Below are positions 55,527 through 64,000 of a stretch of DNA of 64,000 nucleotides, one piece after another. The DNA comes from the human T2T-CHM13v2.0 reference genome, Homo sapiens: assembly GCF_009914755.1 (NCBI RefSeq), contig NC_060925.1, one strand, 5' to 3'. The notes beneath the pieces are model-generated. The model was not told where the DNA came from, ran no database searches, and saw nothing but the letters and a program-made list of their open reading frames with translations. The translations under genes and the position numbers were made by a program. How positions within the stretch are numbered: the stretch's first letter is position 1; each line of letters begins with the position of its first letter.

Positions 55527-56403
55527 AGCATACCTATAATCTCAAACATTTGTTATTTATTTATATTGGAAACATCCAATATTCTCTTTCTAGCTGTTTG
55601 TAATATATTATTGTTAACTGTAGTCATAAACAGTGGAATAGAACACTAGAACTTATTCTTTCTAGTTAGCTGTGATTTTGTATGCTTTAACAAATGTTTT
55701 TCTATTCTCCCAATTCTCCCTACTCTTCCCAGCCTCTGCTATCCTCTATTCTACTTTTCACTTCTATGAGATCAACACGTTTTTTAGCTTCCACATGTGA
55801 ATGAGAGCATGCAGCATTTAACTTTTTGTTCCTGGCTTATTTCACTTAACATAATGTCCTCCAGTTCCATCCATGTTGCTGCTATTACAGGGTTCCAATT
55901 TTTAATGGCTGAATAGTATTCTACTGTAAACCACATTTTCTTTTTCCACTCATCTGTTATTGGATACCTATGTTGATTCTGTATGTTAGCTATTGTGAGT
56001 AGGGCTGCAATAAACACGGAGGAGCAGCTAACCCTTTAATATACTGATTTTCGTTTCCTTGCATAGATGTCCAATAGTGAGATTGCTGGGTCATGTGGTA
56101 GTCCTATTTGTAGTTTTCTAAGGAACTTTCACACTATTCTCCATAGTGGCTGTACTAGTTTATATCCCCACCCACAGTGTATAAGACTTCCCTTTTCTCC
56201 ACATCCTCACCAGCATTTGTTGTTTTTTGCTTTTTTGATACTTACCTTCCTAATTGGGGTGAGATGATAATTCCTTGTGCTTTGGATTTCATTTCTCTGA
56301 TGATCAGTGATAGCATTTTTTCATGTATCTGTTGGCCATTTCTGTGTCTTACTTTGAGAAATGTCTGTTCAGATCATTTGCCCATTTTAAAATCTAATTT
56401 ATT

Positions 56404-56708
<305 letters not shown>

Positions 56709-57756
56709 CTAATTTATTGCATTGTCTTTGCTGTTGAGATGTTTGACTTTCTTGTATATTTTGAATATCAATCCTCTGTCAGATGGATAGTTTGCAAATA
56801 TTTTCTCCCATTCTGGAGGTTGCTTTTTCACTCTACTGTTTCCTTTACTATGTAGAAGCTTTTTAGCTTGACGTAATCTCACTTGTTCTTGTGGCCTGTG
56901 TTTTTGAGGCCTTACTCTTAAAATTTATTCTCAGACCTTTGTTTTGAAATATTTATCCTATGTTTTATTTTAGTAGTTTCCTAGTTTCAGGTATTACATT
57001 TAGGTCTTTGATTTACTTTGAGTTGACTTTTGTACTGAGTGAGAGGTGAGGGTCTACTTTCATTTTTCTGCATATGAACATCCAGTTGTCCCAGTATCAT
57101 TTATTGAAGAGATTCTTCTTTCCCTAATGGATGTTCTTGACACCTTTGCTAAAATCAGTTTTCTGTGGATAAGTGGATTAATTTCTACTCTGTTTCATTA
57201 ATCTATATGTCTGTTTTTATGCCACTACCATGCTGTTTTAGTTACTACAGCTTTGTTGTATGTTGTCTGGTAGTGTTTTACTTCCAGCTTTGTTCTTTTT
57301 GCTCGGGAATTTCTTTGGCTCTTCCAGGTCTTTTTTGGTTTCATACAAATTTTAGGATTTTTCTTCCCTACATCTGTGAAGAGTGTCATTGTATTTTGAC
57401 AGGGATTGCAGTGAATCTGTAGATTGCTTTGGGTAGTATGATCACTTAAACAACATTAATTCTTCCAATACCTGAGCATAGGATATTTTCTCATTTGCTT
57501 TATCCTCTTCAATTTCTTTCAACATTTTGTAGTTTTCCTTGTTGATGTCTTGCACTTCCTTGCTTAAATAATTCCTAAGTGTTTTTTTTCTTTTTTCTTA
57601 TCTGTGGTAAAGGAGATTACTTTTTCGATTTCTTTTTCAGCTAGTTCATTGTGCATATAAATGCTCACTATTTTTGTATGATGATTTTGTATCCTGCAAC
57701 CTTACTGAATTTGTTTATCAGTTCTAAGAGTTTTTTGATTGAATCTTTAGGTTTTT

Positions 57757-57911
57757 CTTTTTTTTATTATACTTTAAGTTCTGGGATACATGTGCAGAAC
57801 ATGCAGGTTTGTTACATAGGTATACAAGTGCCATAGTGGTTTGCTGCACCATTCAACCCATCATCTACATTAGGTATTTCTCCTAATGCTATCCTTCCCC
57901 TAGCCCCCCAC
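57757..57911 (-). mobile_element. 5'-truncated L1PA7-like 3' stub
   Basis: ttattatactttaagttctgggatacatgtgcagaac...tcatctacattaggtatttctcctaatgctatcc. Confidence 0.9.
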
Positions 57912-58915
57912 CATGTCATCTGCAATCAGGGAAAATTTGACTTCCTCCTTTCCAGTTTGGATGCCTTTTATTTCTTTCTGTTGCATAATTCATTTGGCTA
58001 GGACTCCCAGTACTATGCTGAATAAGAGTGGTGAGACTGGGCATCTTTTTCTTGTTCCGGTTCTTACAGAGAAAGATTTCAGCATTTCCCTGTTCAGGGT
58101 GGTGTTAGCTGTGGAGTTGTTATTTCACACTCAGTTCTCAGTCCTACTCCACCATTTATCCATATCCCCACAGTTTTAATCTAAAGTAAATTTATATTTA
58201 ATGTATGTATTAATGCGTATGCTCTCTTCTACTTCGAATGGTTTACTGACAGTTTGAAGAAATAAAGCAATGCATATCTGGTCTCCATGATAATTTCATT
58301 GTAATTCTAAAGTGCTGCCAAGGTCTTTGAATTGCAATGCGATCATGTGTGAATAAAACAATACCCATACTTTATTGCATCTAGTAAAAAAGTATAAAAA
58401 CTAAATATGGAAATCCATGATATAGTGGCAAATATTCTCCAGGCAGATAGTCTTTAAAGTGAATGATATCAACAGGCTAGTGTTAAATATAGATAAAGAT
58501 AATTGAACACATATATTGAAAACTCATCGGTTAATTCAGGTTTATTGTTAGAAACTGTCACATCAAGGGCATGGAAAATAGAATAATGATATCGCTTATT
58601 CTTTGTGTTTTGTGTATGGCTTTCACTCATACTTATTTAAGATTTAGAGAAGGGACTCTTGCATACATTATTTGCTGTTTTCTTGACTGATACAAAAGCA
58701 TGTCTGAGCATGCTTTACATATAATACAGTATATACACTACATGAAGATAATATTACTGTTAATGCTATTTTATTGATTTTAATTCCTGTGGTCATTGTG
58801 GTAGTTAAGTGAGTTTTTAAATCCTTCTTTATATATCCTCTAACTGTGCCACATTCCCAACATTCTTCTAATAATTTTCTTCAGTAGATTCTTCTCATTC
58901 TCTTGCATTTTATTT

Positions 58916-59231
58916 CTAAATTTTTATTTATTTATTTATTTATTTATTTTGAGACAGAGTCTTGCTCTGTCACCCAGTCTGGAGTGTAGTGGGGCAATCT
59001 AGGCTCACTTCAACTTCCACCTCCTACGTTTTAGCTATTCTCGTGCCAAAGCCTCCGGAGTAGCTGGGACGACAGGCACACACCACCATGCCGGGCTAGT
59101 GTTTGTATTTTTAGTAGAGATGAGGTTCACCATGTTCGCCAGGCTAGTCTCAAACTCCTGGCCTCAAGCAATCCACCCGCCTTAGCTTCCCAAAGTGCTG
59201 GGATCACAGGTGTGAGTGACCGTGCCCGGCC
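58916..59231 (-). mobile_element. Alu (Jb/Sz-like) with (TTTA)n tail
   Basis: Full dimer; tcttgcattttattt on both sides (TSD). Confidence 0.9.
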
Positions 59232-59619
59232 CATCTTGCATTTTATTTAATTCAGCATTGAAAATCAACTCCCTGATTTTCCTTCTCTGTAATTCTGATT
59301 AAGACTTATTATATAACTGCCAACTTGCAAAAGTTCCCTGAAAGTTATGGTGGATTATATATCCCTAGTACCTTAAACTTGGCTAGCATAAAATAGACTA
59401 TAATTAAATATCTGTTAAATGAATAAATGATATCCAGCTATGTTATTTTCTAAAATTGGCCACAGTATCCAAAGTAATCCCCAAATTCAGCTTTCTCAAC
59501 ATTTTTATGGCTTGAAGCCTCAGCAAAGCTACTGTCATCTATTATCTGAACTATTGCAAAACACTCTGATTGATCTTTTTCTTCCCACTAACCTAGAGAT
59601 TTACCAGCTATAAATATAT

Positions 59620-60390
59620 ATATTACAGCTTTCTTAAAGCCTAATTGAAATAAAACAAACTATACTTAAAGTACAATTTACATTTTGATGTGTGTAAACA
59701 CCTCTAATACTATCATCACAATCAAGTTAATGAAGACATCCATCACTCCAAATGTCCCTTGTGCCCATTTTTTAATCGCTAAATTCTGTATCTCAGCATC
59801 ACATACTGGAACCCCAGGCAACTACTAATACAGTTATTGTCAATGAGATATGTTTTTACATTTTTAGCAATTTTATATAAATGAAATCATGCAATGTGAT
59901 GACTTTTGGATGTGCCAACTTAGTCTGAACTGGTGCCCAGAAATCTTTATTTTTGTTTGTTTCTGATTATAGAGGAATATAAATCATCTTTGATATTTCT
60001 TCCTCAGGCTTTGTTACTCACCTGAACACTTGCTGTCTAGTCTGCAAATCTTTGGGGTCCTCTTTCTTTGAACTTCCTTTTGTCTGGAACTCTCTTCTGT
60101 AAGCCCCAGCCCCTTTGGCTTTCTCAGACACAATCCTGTATTTTTGACCCAGTGAAATCGTTGTGCTCAACATGTGTTTCCCTTCCCCTTGCTGAAACCT
60201 GGATACTCTTTCACGTAGTAAGCTGCAGCAATTGTAGTGATAATTTCCTTTGTTTCCTATTTTTCAAGGACCACTACCCTTCATTTTCTTATGTTCAATG
60301 TCTTAAAAAATACATTTTCTCATTCTTGTTGTTGTTTCAGACTGCAGGGTAATGCCAGTACTGGTTATTCCAACTTGAATGCAAGTAAAA
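59620..60390 (-). mobile_element. L1ME-type fragments (3' UTR ~59620-59900, 5' region beyond)
   Basis: catcacaatcaag...catccatcactcca...ccccaggcaactactaat...ttttatataaatgaaatcat. Confidence 0.65.
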
Positions 60391-60415
60391 ATCAATATCG
60401 TTAAAAGTGTAAATT

Positions 60416-60590
60416 TAGCCTAGTGTAGTGGCACATGCCTGTAGTCCCAGCTACTTGGGAGGCTGTGGTGGGAGGATCACTGGAGCCTGGGAAGCTGAGG
60501 AGGCAGGGAACTATGTTTACGTCACTTCACTCCAGCCTGGGCTACAGAGTGGGAGTCTATCTCTAAAAAGTTAAATTAAATTAAAATAAG
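60416..60590 (+). mobile_element. FRAM / AluJ right monomer
   Basis: gtggcacatgcctgtagtcccagctacttgggaggctg...cactccagcctggg. Confidence 0.85.
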
Positions 60591-60699
60591 TTATTTCAAT
60601 CGACCCCTTTTTGAAACTACCAATAACATATTAATAAATATAGAATAAATTCAAACTTAGTTTTTATTTTAAGATCTGTAAGATTATTTCTCCAAACTC

Positions 60700-60905
60700 A
60701 TGTACCACAACTTCAACTTCTCAATTCTGTTCTAACCACAGTGGCCTTACTACCTTCAAACAGAAAACTCTGCTTTCTAATTCATTGTTCTTGTACTCAC
60801 TTTTTCATAACTCATTGTTCTGTACTCAGCTTTCCTTCTATGTGATATGCTCTTTCCTCAGATTGCCACAGTTGCCTTTGTGCTATCATTAAGCTGTCAG
60901 TTACA
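60700..60905 (+). mobile_element. L2 fragment (resumes ~63100-63275 after the nested L1)
   Basis: ttctaaccacagtggcctt...tatgctctttcctcagat; later cttggcacataggaaatgctcagtaagtattt. Confidence 0.55.
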
Positions 60906-60911
60906 TTCTTG

Positions 60912-63090
60912 TGCTTCTAACCATGATGGAGCAGATTGTATCAGAGTAACTCACTAACTCCCCCACAGAGATACATATCAACTATGAAAACTGGATACAA
61001 TATTTGGAACTGATATTTGAAGTCTTTAGAGAGCATAAAAACAGCGAGGACTTGAGAGGTTATGATTCCAGAGAAAAGAGAAGCAATTATTCTCCATGGT
61101 TTTTGCCAATTCTTATCATAGAGAATAAAAGTTGAACAAAGAGTGGCCGACTGGGACTTGACAAGGTCTCACTTAATAAAGAAGACAGACCTTGCTATGA
61201 AATAGAGAGACCCTAGCTAACACCCTTGCTTTCTTTGAGACCAGATAATGCTATGCCCTAAGGGCAATTCTGTGCTCAAAAGAAGGGATTATACCCTGGA
61301 TGTGAGGGCAAACAAAGCAAAGATCAGTTTCAATGAAACCTCAAATTAGCTTTGAAATGATCAAAGTTATTTGCTTATACTTATTCTGCATAGCAGGTAC
61401 TTAATAAGAGCTTTAAAATAACTAAGCGTAATGTAACAAATAGATAAAACATGGAAAATGTATCAAGACAACTTAATTTATAAAACAGAGCCAGTGAAGA
61501 TAATAGAGGTGAGTAATGACATAAAGGAAATTAAGGAGCTGATAGATGGGTTTAATAGATTAGAAAACTCAGAATTTCAGTAGAGAATATCAGAACTGCA
61601 GCATACAGAAAAGTAGGAAAGAATAAAGATAAGAAGGTAAGAGATTTATGGGTTAGATATCTACCAATATGTATAAATGATAACTCTAAGAAAAATAATC
61701 ATTATCAATGAAAGTGTCACATAATTTTCCAAAATGAGCAGGAAAAAAAGACACAAATCTATAGATTTAAGTTAAAGAAAGTTTATGAACCCCAAGCAAT
61801 ATAAACACAAAGGAAAGCACACTAACATGCATTAAATAAAACTTCTGATAGCCAAAGAAAATAATCTTTAAAACTAGCAAGAGGCTGGGTGTGGTGGCTC
61901 GTGCCTGTAATCTCAGCACTTTGGGAGGCTGAAGTGGGCAGATCACTTGAGGACAGGAGTTCCCAACCAGCGTGTCCAACATAGGGAAACCCCATCTCTA
62001 CTAAAAATACAAAAAATTAGCTGGACATGGTGGTTCATGCAGGTAATCCCAGATACTCAGGAGGCTGAAACACAAGAATTGCTTGAACCCACGAGCCAGA
62101 GGTTGCCAGGAGCCAAGATCATGCCATTGTACACCAGCCTGCACAAAAGAGTGAGACTGTCTCAAAAAGAAAAAAAAAGAAAAGAAAAGAAAAGAAAAGG
62201 AAAAAAAAGCTAGAAATTGATAATTTACCTTCAAATCAGTAATAAAATGCCTAGGAGCTAACTTCTCAAGAAGTGATCCAAGGCAAAAGAAATTGCTGTT
62301 GTATCTTTAAAGTGGTGACAAAAATTAAATTTTTAAATAGAGTTCTATACGCAGTAAATATACTTTAGATATAAAATGAAATGAAGGCATTTTCAAAAAT
62401 AAACAAATCTGAGAAAATTAATAGCCAGCAAAATTTTCACTAAGACTAATAAGGAAAGCTCATTAGATAGAGGAATTATGTTCCAAATAGAAATGTGATA
62501 ATAAAGAATAGAATGTAAATCACCAGGAAGTGTAAATATGTGAGAAGTGTAAATTAATATTGACATTTTAAAACAACATTTAGAAATTTATGGTGAGTGT
62601 TAAACTATAGGTGGAATGAATATAAAATACATGTCAATGACAGCACAGCAACCATTAAAGGAACAAAAGGAATATAATGTTGTACGGTTCCTACATTACC
62701 CGAAACATGGTAAAAATGCCAACATAAGGTAGACTTTGTAAAAAGACAATGTCGTTGTTGTTATCTTTTCAGAAATTGCTAAATGAATACCAGAGAGCTA
62801 GAAAAAAATGAATTGATGAATCAAAAACAACGCAAGAAAAGTGAAAGAAATAAAAATATTTTTGACATATAGGAAATGAATATCGATATGATGGATTTAA
62901 CCCAAATATGGGAGTACTTACATTAAGATGCAGGCACAAAAATAAAACAAAATTTGTTGGAAGTTGTTGGAATTGATTGAAAAATACATGCTGCATACAA
63001 GACTGATATCTTAAACATAATGACTCAGAATGTTTCAAAATAAAAAGATGAAAAAAAGATATTTCACAAAAAGACAAATAAAAAATCACT
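60912..63090 (+). mobile_element. Old L1 (L1M) 5' UTR, ORF1 and ORF2 start
   Basis: cttctaaccatgatggag...aactatgaaaactggata; atagatgggtttaatagattaga; atgctgcatacaagactgatatcttaaacataatgac. Confidence 0.75.
61883..62208 (+). mobile_element. Alu (S/J) with (GAAAA)n tail
   Basis: Full dimer ggctgggtgtggtggctc...gtgagactgtctc. Confidence 0.9.
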
Positions 63091-64000
63091 AGTTCACTGG
63101 TTCAGAGACATAATCCCTTCTCAGAAAGGTCATAGTATTTTATTTATTTATGTCTCTCTCCACCTGCTTGCCAACAAGAATAAAATCTACCTAAGGAAAG
63201 CTGTACATGGATTCTCTAACTACATAATCTAGAAGACTACTTGGCACATAGGAAATGCTCAGTAAGTATTTAAAAACATTTTGTTATTTATTACCTGTAT
63301 ACCAGTCTAATCTTCATTTTTATCCCCAAATGCTATTTCATTATACTAATTATTCTGAGGCACCTCTCTCTTCTCCTTCTCAACCTGCCTAGTCTTACCT
63401 GCACTTTTCATGTGAACCCTTTATTCTTTAATATATGGCTAAACTCTAATCCTGGATGAAATCTAGTTTGTCTTTCCCTTATACTTGGGTGAGTTTGAAC
63501 AATGCCTGATGCTCTTACGATGTCCTATAATCAATTCAATATGATATTTTAAACTCTTCTCCATCTTTATATGGTCTACCATCTCACTTCTCTGAATATA
63601 AGATCACTTTCTATAACTGAAAAAATGTAAATAGAAAATAAAAGAAAAAAACTATTATCTATCTATTGCCATACCAGATTTATATGTATGTGGATAGAAT
63701 TTAAGCATATGAAAAATTTCAGTTTCTATCCGCAATAGCTTAAAATGTTCAGAAAATATATGCAGTTCAAATAGACTTAAAGCAAAACTGATTCTCCTTA
63801 ATGAAGACTAAAATCAACCTTCAGCAAAGTACAAGTGCTGATTTTCTTTAGCCTAGGATGCAGAAAATTGTGTGGGCCAGGCCTAGGACCTAATAGTCAG
63901 AGTGTCCAAACTCTAAGAACGGTTAATGCCCAACCAAGGAAGCTCTGTTATGTGTATCAAAGTCCAGCTTTTCTGTTGCACCAGTAATTGCGGTTTTAGA

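Overview
This is AT-rich, CpG-depleted primate (human-like) non-coding genomic DNA. I find no supportable intact protein-coding gene, rRNA, tRNA, CRISPR array or CpG island. Well over half the window is decayed interspersed repeats: L1s of many ages, Alus (FAM, FRAM, J, S, Y), a near-full-length Tigger4 DNA transposon, MER44/MER58/MER82 elements, a complete THE1D-like MaLR provirus with a perfect 5-bp TSD, solo LTRs (MER41-family, THE1D, MLT1, ERVL-class), MIR and L2. Nearly all entries in the ORF track are repeat remnants or low-complexity artefacts. The main points of interest are: (i) a ~13-kb multi-layer nested TE stack at 24.2-37.8 kb; (ii) a solo THE1D LTR with an exact DUX4 consensus site and an intact splice donor, facing several minus-strand splice acceptors, which suggests a possible LTR-driven lncRNA; (iii) two independent young L1PA stubs inserted at almost the same position of older L1 ORF2; (iv) several local duplications. 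Subfamily names come from recalled consensus motifs, not from a database search, and boundaries of old elements are approximate.
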